A DNA stretch of 64,000 nt from Asterias rubens (taxonomy: Eukaryota), in assembly GCF_902459465.1 (NCBI RefSeq), contig NC_047079.1, positions 5,642,001 through 5,706,000 on the forward strand, read 5' to 3'. Positions 34,501 through 47,113 of the stretch are shown here, piece after piece. Every line of letters begins with the position of its first letter. The stretch's first letter is position 1. The translations under genes and the position numbers were made by a program. The notes beneath the pieces were generated by a model. It was not told the DNA's origin. It saw nothing but the letters and a program-made list of their open reading frames with translations, and ran no database searches.

Positions 34501-37500
34501 ACTCATTTCCCTTATAAAATGAGGAAAGTAGGCATTGCCTCACATAAACAATTAAAATGCTTTATTTTTGTGACACATGTTTTTGTGAAATAACTTGCAT
34601 TTATGCATTTTGTAGTTCTTTCTGCATTTTCTATAATTTTTGTATTCAACAGTCTTGGTTTTCACTCTTTCACTTTCCAAAAGCCCTCTGAGACTTCATT
34701 GTAATTTTGCGGCACATAAAAACGGTTCATTATTAATATTGTGTACTTTTTTGTAACCAGTGTTTTTGGTGTAAGGGTAAAAACACAAATAAAGTCCTCT
34801 TTCACCCTGATGCTAGATCAACATCTGTTCAGGTCCCCACTGCTAAATATAGGATTGTATAAACTGCCTCTACCTACTGGCCTAGTTAAGCTGGTAAAGC
34901 ATGGGCCTTTAAGGGTGTCAAATGGTAAGACAACTGCTTATGCAAAGGGCCTGGGTTCATGTCGCACCCCAGTATTTTTTATGTCTGCGTATTTTTCTTT
35001 CACAGGACTTTGGAAAATACTGAGCATACACAGTGGTTCATATCGCTGTATGGGTAAAAACATACCTGTTCTATCCACAACCTATTACAAGTCAATTCTA
35101 TGTTCCACTCTCTGATAACCCAACCTTTGTTTTCTGTTAAGGCTGATTTGCCTGTAGTCATACTGCAGTAAAATTTAACGAACAATACTGTATCCATCAA
35201 CTTCAAGCAACACCAAAAAAAAAAAGGATTTTGGAGGTTTCAGCATTCACATGTACCTTTTCAAAGAGGCATGACATACCTGTAGTTGGAAGATTATCAA
35301 GATATTTTGTGGATGCCATCTTGACTGTCTTGAGTGTCATCTCAGCCGAGAGACCTCCAACGACAAAAGCTAAATGATACGGTGGGCAGGCTGATGTCCC
35401 GATTGTCTAAGAACAACATTGTCAAATAACACAAGTTAAAAAAATGTTTGTCTGATGTCAGTTTGGTTTGTTTGTCAAGAAAAGTTACCTGATATATTTG
35501 GTGGTTTTGAAGCTTTCTTGTTTCTATTTTTCTTTCTTTCGGATATCGGCAAACAGGTGACTGCTCTCAGTCTACACACCAGGGTAAGGGTTAGGGTCAG
35601 CTTTAGCGTTAGGTTTAGCAGCACACATAACATGGGCATCGAAACATGGGGGGTGTCCGAACATGAGGGTGTCGAAACATAGGGGTGTCAAAACATGTAT
35701 TCAAACAAGTAACATTATCTTGGCCATTTTTATTCAAGAAAAACGACCTCATTTATTTGATGGTTTTGAAGTTTGTTTTGTTTCTTAATGTTTATCCTCC
35801 TCTTCCGGGACAAGAAGGATGGGGTGGGGGGGCGTCTTCAAACCAACTGTTTTCACCTTGATCTTTTCATTGATGAAACTAGTCAGTTTCTCAGGGTTAA
35901 GAAGAGCCTTTGTCTGCTGATACAGAAATGTCTTATTGGCCGACCCGCCTCCTTTAGCAATGAAGAGGAAGTTGTACTCGTTACCGGGCGTGGCGTAGAT
36001 CTCCACTTGAGCTGGGAGGTTGGTGCCCGTGTTCGTCTCCTTAAACATATCGAGGGGTGCGACCTGGGTGGTGATGGAGAAAAGAATGGTCAAGAGAGGG
36101 CGGCATTTAATGACATATTCTTTTGAAATTGAACCTGTGGAATGCTGACTACATCAGTATCTTGCCAGGAACGAGAGTCATTGCTGACATACAGTCATTG
36201 AGAAGCCACTATTATTTTTGCTGACATACAGGTCTTAAAATAGGCTCACATTTTAAGGGGTATTTTGGAATGATGGCCTGCCAACCTATTATCAATCCAA
36301 AGTTGAAGAATAAAAAAAAAAAGTGCTTGGATCAGTATCCTCAGCATACGTTTTTGTTGTGCCTGAAGAAAAATAACATTTTCTTTTTTTATCAGGCAGA
36401 CACAAAAAAAAGAGGATGAATTTGAAAACAATTTGATGTTTTTTCGTGCGAGCAGCGATTTTGACAAATGAAGCTTTTGGAACGGCTCTTTGTTTTACGT
36501 CTCAGAAAAGAAGCAGAAAGCCTGGTTTCAAAGTTAGAGGAACTGGGTCAGACACACAGGTGATCAACACCATGAAAATATCTGAAGAAAAGGCAGAGGC
36601 TGGATTGTTGTATTTTTCTGTTTTTACCTGTGAGTAGCGCAGATTTCTCTGAGTGTAGGAGTCATAAACACCCCTAGATAAGTGCTCTTCATCTTTTTCA
36701 TCTGTCCATACATTCTGCCCTCTCTTGCCTGCAAGATTAATGAGATACAAATTTTGAATTACACACTTCCCATTTATTTGATTTTAAAATCATTTCACAT
36801 TCAGTCAAATTCTATGGCGGACGTGATAGGAGTGTACTGTTTGGGCCTCGATGGTTTAAAGTTCATGTCACTGCACGTTTATCCAATCATATCAGTGTAT
36901 CAAATGGAATCATGGATCTGAGTAGCAGGTACCTGTCTTTATCCTAACGGGTACAGACAAAGGCCCAGTCTAACAGCAAACCCTGCTTACTCAACCCTAC
37001 TTCAGTAAATCAAGCTAACGCAGACAGCGTGGTTAAGTGGTTAGACTGCACGACTTGCAATCACAAGGTTGTGGGTTCGAATCCCCCAGCTAACCGCTTA
37101 TTTCACAATGACTAGAATAAATATTGTTGTCTAGTTACTGAATCACAATTTCTTTATTTGTGCGATTCATAATCATAGACGTTAAACCAATTTTTGTATG
37201 AGAGAGATTGGTTGTTGCCAGCTTGGTGTTTATATCCGCTGTGGGAGTTTGCCGAGTTCCCTTGATGAGAATATCATTCAAACAAACATACAGACATACA
37301 TACCCATGATGATAGCCGTGCCTGTGTCCTGACACCCCGGGAGCACCATACCAGCCGCTATGTTAGCATTCTTCAGAAGTTCCAGAGCGACGAATTTATC
37401 GTTACTAGAAGCTTCAGGATCATCAAGGATACTCGACAATTGCTGGTGAATACAACAAAAAACAGTTACTCATTTGAACGTTGTTCATATATCTCAGCTC

Positions 37501-39212
37501 AAAAGTCGACACGCAAATCTTTTCTTTGTACGAATGCAAAATCTTTAAAATGTCTAAGACAAATTCGACCGGAGATGTGGTTGGTACCCCCGCTGTCACC
37601 TCACTAAACGTGGATGGACTTTGCATTTTTGGAAGAAGATACTGTGACAATATTTTGCTATTTTCTCAATAAGTAGACGCTGTATTCAATTAAAACATTC
37701 ACAAGTGACTTTTATTCTATCGTTCCTGATAATTTTGCCTAGAAATCAACATTACATTGACCGTAACCGAATGATGACTCTACCCTTAGGCTATTCCCAA
37801 GACATTCCAAAAGATGCCATACCAACCTGTAAGTGTTTGGGCCTCAACAAGTGTGCAATGTCAACCATTGCCTGTGCTGTGATTACCCTCAGTGCCTCCG
37901 GCGCAACACTAAGAATCTTGCGCCCTTTGACTTCAAAAGTCGATACAAAATCACCTTAATGATCAGGAAACAAAAAAGACAAGATCCCATAAGTCAGGAA
38001 TTTTGAAAAAACTATGTTAGAACTGCAGACAATTGTCAGGGGGGGGGGGCATAATGTTGTGGCCAAACAGTTTAGCGCATCCAATTCAAGTTCTGGTAGC
38101 TGTGTCACCGGAAAGTGGGTTCCATTTCTACTCGTACACTTGTGTCCTTGCTGGCAAAACACTTCTTATTGAAGTTGTTCTGTAGCATTATAACCCAATG
38201 CAGCAATAATCATAACCCTATTTCAGAGATGCCAAGTCCAGAGGCCAGCTTTGCGTGAGATTTTTCAAAGGTCACCACCAACCCCCCACCCCCCCAAAAA
38301 AAAAATTCGAAATCGCCGCCCAACTTTTAAAAATTTTTTTTTTTAAAAAAAAACAAATAATGCAGAAATGTAATTGTGGACAATCATTGAAGCAATACAT
38401 TGTCGTTAATTTTTATTTTTTCCCGGTCTGGCCCCAATGCGAAAGAAATCGGTTCCTGTGTGTGTGAGCGTGAGACAGAGCCCAAATGCCTGAGTCTCAC
38501 GCCTAATGCGTGAGACTTGGTCGGTCTGCTATTTCTTCTTCGGCCGTTAGGAGGATGGAGGGTTACAATTATCACATTACTGAATCTGATTAATTTATAG
38601 ATTGAAAGCCACATTTTTTGCTAAGGATAAATTTAATCATTCAGATTCTCTCTCTCCATCTATAATATCTGATTATTTAAATTTGAAATTTTATTTTAAA
38701 TCGTAATCGCAACTCTCCATCCTCCCTTTCTCTTTCTATGGCCCTTTTCGAATCCACTGCTTCAGCTTTGGATTTGGCTTCAGGCTCCGTTCTTTTGTCT
38801 GAAGCCCTGGAGCGTGTACGCAAAGCACACGCAATTTATCAAAACAACCGCGGAGCCAAGGTGGCCTGAGCCGAGTATCTAGTATCTGTCTTGTTGCGAT
38901 AATCGTACCCTCCATCCCAAGACAGGAGTATTGGAGTATGGAGGGCAGTTGATGGAGGGTTACGAATATCACATCGTTTTACCCTCCATCCTCCCGAGGA
39001 AAGTATGGAGGGCTACGATTATCACAACTAGTACCTGTCAATTTCTTGTATGGAATATCAAGGGTCGATTCTGGCTTCATGATGTCTTGATAGTGGAAAG
39101 CTTTAACTGCAGGTGCTGCTTTGGCTGCAGTAGCCTTGCTGCGACACAGTGCAGACTGCAACAGGCATCGTTGACAAAGCAACAATCCTGATCTTGAAGT
39201 CTGTGTCCACAT
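31577..39212 (-). CDS. fumA-like: Class I (4Fe-4S) fumarate hydratase, FumA/FumB-like, with a predicted mitochondrial targeting peptide (575 aa)
   Basis: Exons 39035-39212, 37827-37954, 37304-37442, 36628-36728, 35857-36063, 35280-35406, 34265-34455, 33557-33667, 32789-32995, 32068-32187 and 31577-31795 join in frame (1728 nt). Motifs: [99 protein letters not shown]. Confidence 0.95.
32457..32770 (+). mobile_element. tRNA-derived SINE in a fumarase intron
   Basis: A-box tggcctagtggtt and B-box ggttcgagttcc, followed by a body shared with ~45268-45485. Other SINE heads lie at ~37015-37110 and ~58255-58330. Confidence 0.75.
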
Positions 39213-40059
39213 TCTCGTCGTGTGATGCTCTTACCACAGATTTGATGACTGTAGAGAACAGAACAGGGAATGCACAAAGTTTTGGGGGTAAGTTTTCATT
39301 TCATGGCAAGTTAGTTTAAATATCAATAAATTAAGACGACTTCTGTTGAAGTGAAACTGGGATTGGGATAGTCTACTCCTAGAACTACGAGGTTCGTTCT
39401 GCGTTCTTAACCACAATAGCAAACTAACTCTACTCACATAGTTCTAGGGAAAGTCTATCAATATTATTTAACCAATGTGTCAATACGACTCCTTTGGCAT
39501 ATATTGTGGGGCAAATTCAATGTGTTTTCAAACCAATGAATCAAGAAGGCCTCAACAATTTATCAAAAATATTATTTCTTGACTTTTAAAAGTTTAGTTA
39601 GTTTGTCTTTTTAAATTTATGACAATTAAGTTCTTATTTTATATAATAACACTTTTTTGAAAGAACTTTTTTAACTCACTCAAATTCCATAATTGCTTCG
39701 TTTTAAATAAAAAAGTGGTGCTTTAGCAGGTGAAATAAATGAATAAATATGTCTGTCTTATGACTGAACCAGGTGTTTTTTTTTAAAGAAAATAATGTTG
39801 AGGCTGGGGCGGGGCTAGCAATGTTAATAAACCAGCAAACAAACCAAAATAGCATTCACTCATCATCAGGAGCACTGCAAACAATCTTCTGCGTTGAAAA
39901 ACTTGTTCATCGTAAAAACGTAATGCTAAACAATGCAATCGGTTTGCTTTTATATTTTTGAAAAATAACAGTTAATACAGGTTTATTCTCTTTTATGTGT
40001 ACATTCAATTATGTTACTTCAGTTTCTCTTAAAAAGGGGTGAAATTTGGAAATATTTAC

Positions 40060-40370
40060 CGGCGTTTTGGGTCGTCTGTCACTGCAAACGGTACCGCATA
40101 CCACAGCCTGGTCACTGTATCTCAATTGCAATTTATTGTTCCCTGAGAAGGCTAGGTGCCAGTCTGAGTTAAAGGGCTATAATGTATGCAGATTTTGACC
40201 AATCAACGAAAGCTTTAGATTAGGATCTTTTTAACTGTCCAATGAAAAAACGGAATGGTTAGTGGCATAAACACAGCGCCATATTTGACTCAAAGATTTC
40301 CAGCACAATTTGTTGAATATTTCTCTTTAAAAAAATACATAATACTGCGATTTCTTTTGAACACACTGCA
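40060..40370. promoter_or_regulatory. Putative bidirectional promoter shared by fumarase (-) and brambleberry (+)
   Basis: Minus-strand donor CCG|GTAAAT at 40060/40059 and acceptor ttctctacag near 39250 upstream of the fumarase ATG. CCAAT occurs at ~40199 and ~40239. The bmb ATG is at 40371. Confidence 0.5.
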
Positions 40371-43300
40371 ATGAAGTTTATCCTTGGTATTTGTGTGTTG
40401 TCGGTGCTTAACTGGGGTGCCACGGCATCTTTGTTTTCGTGGGTTTTCGGACAGAAAAATGCACCGGATTCACACGGAAATGAAAGTCCGGACGGTGGAG
40501 GGATTTCGACATCATCCCAGGGGGCAGCAAACCTCGGCAAGCCGGTACCGTTCGAGATGAAGTCAGCAGAGTCGAGATTTTTGAAAGCGGGCGAAGAGTA
40601 CATGGCTGGGTTGTCTGTACTAGATACCTGTCATCATAGAGTTAGTTATTTTACCTTATTACATGAATCTGGGAGAAAACAGTCTATTCTTTTACACAAT
40701 TTCTTTACTGTTTTTAAAGAACTTAAACTTTAAAGTTGTATATTGTGTTGTAGTTTTTGGTTATTTTTATAATATTATAATTATTGAATATTTTTATTTT
40801 GAAATGAGCATGAATTATGAATTTGATTGAATTATTATTTTAAATCAGTTTTTGCATAAGCCTTGTTTATTTATTTGTTAACAAAATATATTTATTTGTA
40901 ACTTTTAAGTTTTATAATAAAAATGCATGTGAGTGTAAGGCCGTGTCCGAAACGACGACTTCGGCTACAGCTACGTCTAGATCAGCGCGTCTACCAGTGT
41001 TGAAGAATAGGCAGACGCACGCGATCTAGCCGTAGCTGTAGCCGAAGTCGCCGTTTCGGACACGGCCTTACTATATAGGCCCTAAATATATTAATAATTG
41101 CTATTTGTTTTCTATTTTCAACAAAAATACTTCACTTTCACCATATGTTTTCTCATTTTAAATTACATTTTTAGTTTTGTTTCATGGAAATATTTGCATT
41201 TTCAACTCAAACCAATCAAATCTTTGGACCATGTGTTTTCAAATGAACAGTGTTAAATTGAGCTAAAGTTTCATGAAACTTCAGTTGGATAATTATTCTT
41301 AAATATTTCCAAATTGCATGTTTGTAGGTAATCGCCGAATTGGAGTCGTCTTGCAATGACATAACAGAGGAGGAGCTTGGTAAACTGGGCGTGGCCTTGC
41401 TCAACTGTCAATCAAAATCAGAAGGACGCTCCACTTTTACTTGCACCAAAGAAATGGTAACAGCAGATATGAAAACAAGTTTTTAAAAACTGATTTATAT
41501 AGAGCCTAGGCATTTAAAGGCAGTGGACACTATTGGTAATTACTCAAAATAATGATTAGCATAAAACCTAACTTGGTAACGAGCAATGGGGAGAGGTTGA
41601 CAGTATAAAACATTGTGAGAAACGGCTCCCTCTGAAGTGACGTAGTTTTCGAGCAAGAAGTAATTTTCCGCGAATTTGATTTCAAGACCTCAAGTTTAGA
41701 ATTTGAGGTCTCGAAATCAAGCATCTGAAAGCACACAATTTCAGGTGACAAGGGTGTTTTTTTCTTTCATAGTTATCTCGCAACTTCGACGACCAATTGA
41801 GTTAAAATTTTCACAGGTTTGTTATTTCTTGCATATGTTGAGATACACCAAGTGAGAAGACTGGTCTTTGACAATTACCAAAAGTGTCCAGTGTCTTTAA
41901 ACAGTGCAGGTTTTAAATTACATGAAGGTCACAGCCTCTGTTCCCCCTAGTCATGACCTTGATGCCCCTTCAAAGTCCCCCAATAGACCCTAAGATTTCT
42001 TAATGGAAGTGCCTTTTGCAAAATGAAAATGGCCTTGCCCTTTCAATGATGAACTGCTAGTATTGTAGTCAAGACCAGATAGTCCGAGACCCTAACTAAA
42101 TGTCCGAGGGGGAGACCGGTATTGAGACGAATACTCTGTCTATAACACGTCACACTTTTCTACGGGCGAAACATTTTTCAGCAGTGTGATCTCATTAACT
42201 GTGGTTTTTATTACTTAAACGACCACCGACTTCTACTTATTGATCAGTTGAAAATCAAAACCAAAATTAAGGTTTGTTTTAAAAGGGTCAACCTGCAATC
42301 CCTTCCTTGATATTATAAAAAAAATTCTCTTATTATTTTGACAAAAGATCAATAATTATTTTTATTTTCAGACGTTAGCAGAGTGCACCAGAGGTATGGA
42401 CGCAACAACGTGGAATACTTACCACATTATAAGTGATCGATCACGCTCTGTATGCTACGGTGTTAGACAGCAACAGTTCCAGCGACAGACACGCTTTGCC
42501 GTCAACCAGCTTGCTGCAACTGCTTCAAACCAGCTGAATATCATGGAGAATCTACAAGTGAGTATAGATTTATACCAAGGCTTTTTGCATTACCAGGCAT
42601 GTGAGACTTCCTCTTTTCCGCTGATTTGCCTCTTATTTCCTTAACTTTCTGTGTACAAATGAAGAGGAATATTGTTTTTTCCTCTTCTTTTCTTGCCAGA
42701 CTTTCTCTTTTCCTCTTCTTTCATTGATAGTTACTCACATGCCTGCATTACAGATTAAAAACCAGTTAACTGGAGAGTTTGACAAGGTACAAACTTAGAA
42801 TATAAATAGTTTTACCAGACAGGCCAGAGCCATAATGAGGCATCTTTATTCTTTGGGAAAATTTGAAGCATGGTGCTTTTCAAATGTACCCTGAGACAGA
42901 CAAGACTAGGACTGGACAAGGACAGACTGACAAATGAGACCAACCAGATAAGTAAATAGGATGATATTTTATCAAAGCATACATTTGGCAAATATTTGGT
43001 TTGGTTAAAAAAAAAAAAAGATCTCTTACCACCAAGATTAAGGTGTAGTTCTTCAGAGAGTTTGATGAGTTCAGTTGTTAAAAACCCTCTTGTACATCCC
43101 TTTCTTCTGACTGTCCTTCAGGAAGGTCAAGATGCGTTGCAGAATGTGGCGACAGACACCTTACAGATAATGGCTGACGGACAAAAGGAGGTCCTCAGCA
43201 AACAAGAAGTCCTCAAGGAGTCACAGGTAAACTTACAAGAGATTCCATCTCCGAGAAGTTATCCTGCTTATTTTTGCTAAGCAGAAACTTGTTAAGCTTA

Positions 43301-46300
43301 TTTTAACCATAGCCACTGCCGAGTCCGTCGATTCAGACACAATCTAAAGCCATGTCAGAATATGCGGCTGCACTACGGCTATGTCTAGATTTCAGCATCA
43401 TCATAGACGATGTGACATCACATGTCTACAAAAGAGCCACAAAGCCTGGACTTCCTGCAGGCACGATTTGTACACAGCCTAATGGAATAAATCATAAAAT
43501 CTTATATTTTATGGAGATTTCGCTGACTAATTCTTATCAACTTTTGATATGATGACAAGGGGCACATCTCAAAACATGCCAGCTTTTACTTTCATAATTC
43601 TTGGATTTATGTGAAAATTATGACACAAAATGTCAACTTTCCCATAATGTGGGAAAGTTGACATTTTATGACCTGTGCAGTATTGTGCCTGCCAGAATAC
43701 TCAAAGAATGTACAAGGTCACATTGTAAACAAAGTTCACATGGTCCTCAGCAACACCCATAGCAACAGTCATAGCCAAAGCTGTAGCCACCAGTTCGACA
43801 CGGTCATGCTTAACCTTATCATATTGAATGAGCTGAAGTCTGGTGTCACTTTTATCCTACAGGGTCAGCTGCATGTATCCATTGAGAGCAATATCAGAGA
43901 CCTGACTAGCGAGAAAACGCTTATAGCGGCCGGCCATAGAGAACTAGCCACCATGACAGAAAGCATACGACAGCAACTTGGTAAGGATTCAGGGAGAAAT
44001 TATTAATTATGCTTTATTCTCATTTAAGTCTGTTTGAATCCTCGTATGAAATATTTTACTATTATGGTAAGTTCTGTTACTTGAGATTCTGATTTCTGGA
44101 TTTTTTCCAGATAATGCAACGCAGCAGCTTCTGAGCCAAGACCAAAACTTGAAGAGAAATCATGAAGATGTTCAACGCGATCTTGCCAGCATTCGCATCA
44201 AAGCCAAGGAAGTATGGGACAAATTAGGTAAGACTGCTTTCTGTAAGACTTGTTTAAGAAGTATGGGAAGAATTTGGAATTCACTTTCTGAAGACCTCGG
44301 ACAAATGCACAACATCACCTTCTTCCAGCAAAAACTAAAAAACACAGCTGTTCACTCTTGCTTTTCCAACAACTTAAAAATATTTAATAGCTATTTCTTT
44401 CAAATGTTCTACATAAAAGGATGCCTTACAAGCAGTTTTATTGTTATCTCCTTCAACTCATAAAACCAACCGTCAGTACGTTTCAATGCCCTATTGGAGC
44501 GTACACGAGGCCTGTTCCGCACCTTTATTTCCAGATCACGGATGACCTCAATGCCATTGGTCTTTAGAGCCATGATGTCATACAAAGCAATTTACACTCA
44601 GGCAAACAGTTCCATGCAATCTCCAAGAAGAAAAGGCATTCAAATTTGAATGTTGACATGTTTCTTGGGGACTGTAAGACATTGTTTGAAAAGTACTCGT
44701 GCTACCAAAGTGGTCCTGCAGCATGCACTGCACCGGGTTATCCCCGAGTTACCTGTAAAACTTAACATCATGTATTGTGTCTTTTCTAAACTGAGATTTC
44801 ACTTAAAAATATTTTAAAATCAATCTTTTTGTTTTCCAGATGGAGATATGAATCACATTGCTATCCACCAAGAAGAAACATTCCAGTATTACTCAGAAAC
44901 TCTTGAAAACCTGAAGAGGATGAACGACACCATTAACTATTTATTAAACCTAGTTAACAAAATGCAAACCGGGATTGATGAAAGGCTGGGCTGGTTAACT
45001 ACTCTAGTTGGTGGTTTAGGTGAGTTGTTGATGAGTGTGGGTTCAAGTCCTGCTGTCGATTTCACCAAACTCCTCCTTACTTGGAATTAATCTTAGGACT
45101 TAGGATGAGCTAAGTTTCGTATCCATAGACGTTTGCTGTATTGAACCCATCCTAAGTTAGTAACTTGTTCTAACTTATGATGTGTTTAATGCAGCCTAAC
45201 GTCATAAGGACGAGTTTCTTGCCCTAATGTGAGATAGGATTAATCATAGCGTTTCGTGAAATCTGCTGCTGGTCCTTAAGCAAGACACTTAACCATGATT
45301 ACTTTGTAAAGTTGGGGAGGTAGTGCCGCCGCTCTACCAGCCAGGCTTCTGATTGATGATACCCAAGTCTACATCCGTATGGACTGTACAGTGGGGTAAC
45401 CCTGTTTCACCCCAAGGAGTAGGTAGCAACGGCCCCTGGAAAAAGAGTTGATTGTAGCCCACACCTTGAAGTGGCCCTCAGGCCTTCATGTTTTTTTATT
45501 TTTTTTATATTTTTTTTAAGCCTGTCGTCCAATATTTAGGATTTGTCTTTTTCCTCCAATCTCACCCCTTGTGTCCAGGTAATAACATGAATGTCATCTC
45601 AACCTGTGTGACACACGTCGCCTACTTCCTACTCGCCTCTCTCTGTGTGACGTTCCTTCACACGCCAGCATTCACCCGCATCGTTCTCCTACTCCTAGTA
45701 CCCATCAACGCTCTGTCCAAGATCAGACACGGAGTGGGTCTTGAGTTCTCTGGCCTCACCATTCTCATCACTGGGGTTGCTATCGGTAAGAATAATCTAT
45801 TCGTGTGATTTATCAGGATTTTCTTCTGATTTCAAGACTTTTTCATTGGTCTCACTGTACCTTCAAGTTTTCTTGAAAGAGACAAACTTGCCATTACAAA
45901 TATGAAAGACTTTGCCTTTGTTTTGACCTGACCTTCAGATGTCTAATTCAAAATGATGTATAAAGTCTGTGAGCCTCTGCAGTTTGACATTGCTCAACTC
46001 TTGTAGCCTTTTTGAGATATGGTGAACATTATCTTTGACTGTAGGAGTGCACTGTTTGGTTTGGGTGTATTCAGAAAAGTTTAACCAAATCTAACAGTGT
46101 CATAGTATATATTATGTGTCTACCATATCTCAAAATGGCTTATTGGCTTTATCTCCATACAAAAAGGGAACTGAATTACCCCTCTCGGTTTTTTAGCTAC
46201 CAACTTTTATTTTTTTTAAATCTTCACTGGATGTTTAAATCTGAGTTTCACGAAAAGTAAATCTGTTCTTGATGACTTATTATGACTCATTATTTGCTTT

Positions 46301-47073
46301 TTAGCAAACTGGATGGTCATAGTCTTCAAGACTTTTTGGAGTAGTAAAAAACCATCAATTGGCGCCAAGCCTCCAAGGGAGTACGGCCTCAAAAAAACAG
46401 TCTGTCGTTGCAATCACAAGGGTCCTATATTTGCTCTTCCACCAGCTATCAACAGATCTGTGATAAGGTGAGTAGTGTAGGTCGCATCTTCAGTGCTTCA
46501 AGGCACTGGACACTATTGGTAATTACTCAAAATAAGTGTGAGCATAAAAACTCACTCGACTGGTAACAAGCAATGGAGAGCTGTTGATAATATAAAACAT
46601 TGTGAGAAACAAGTTTTTGAGAAAGAGGTAAATTCTCACTCGTATTATAAAAGACTTTGGACCTTTATCTTGAATTTACAGCAAAGGTTTTGGCGGGTAT
46701 TCAGATGATGATGAAGACTACACATTGCCCTCTGACCTCTCGGCCATAACAGGTGATATGTCTTCATATACATATAACACTGACATGATGTCCGAGTCTA
46801 GTGGCTTCTCTCAGGACGCAACGATGACCGGAACTGGACTGACCGATCTAGATATGACGTTTGAGAAATCATACTCCATGAAAAAGAGGTAAGTGGAAGC
46901 TAAACTTTTTCTATCGCAGCACCAAGGATGTGGACTCATCTGCCTCGGAACATCTGGCAATCTACTTCATTAACAAAATTCAAAACTTTGCTTAAATCTC
47001 ACCCTTTTTTTGAAAAACCTACTGTACGGTGCTATGAGCAACGACTGTTGGATTAGCGCCTTACAAATTTAAA

Positions 47074-47113
<40 letters not shown>

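Noticed and set aside
31577-39212. Bacterial contamination as the source of the fumarase or methyltransferase
   Set aside because: Both genes have multiple canonical spliceosomal introns filled with the host's MITEs and SINEs.
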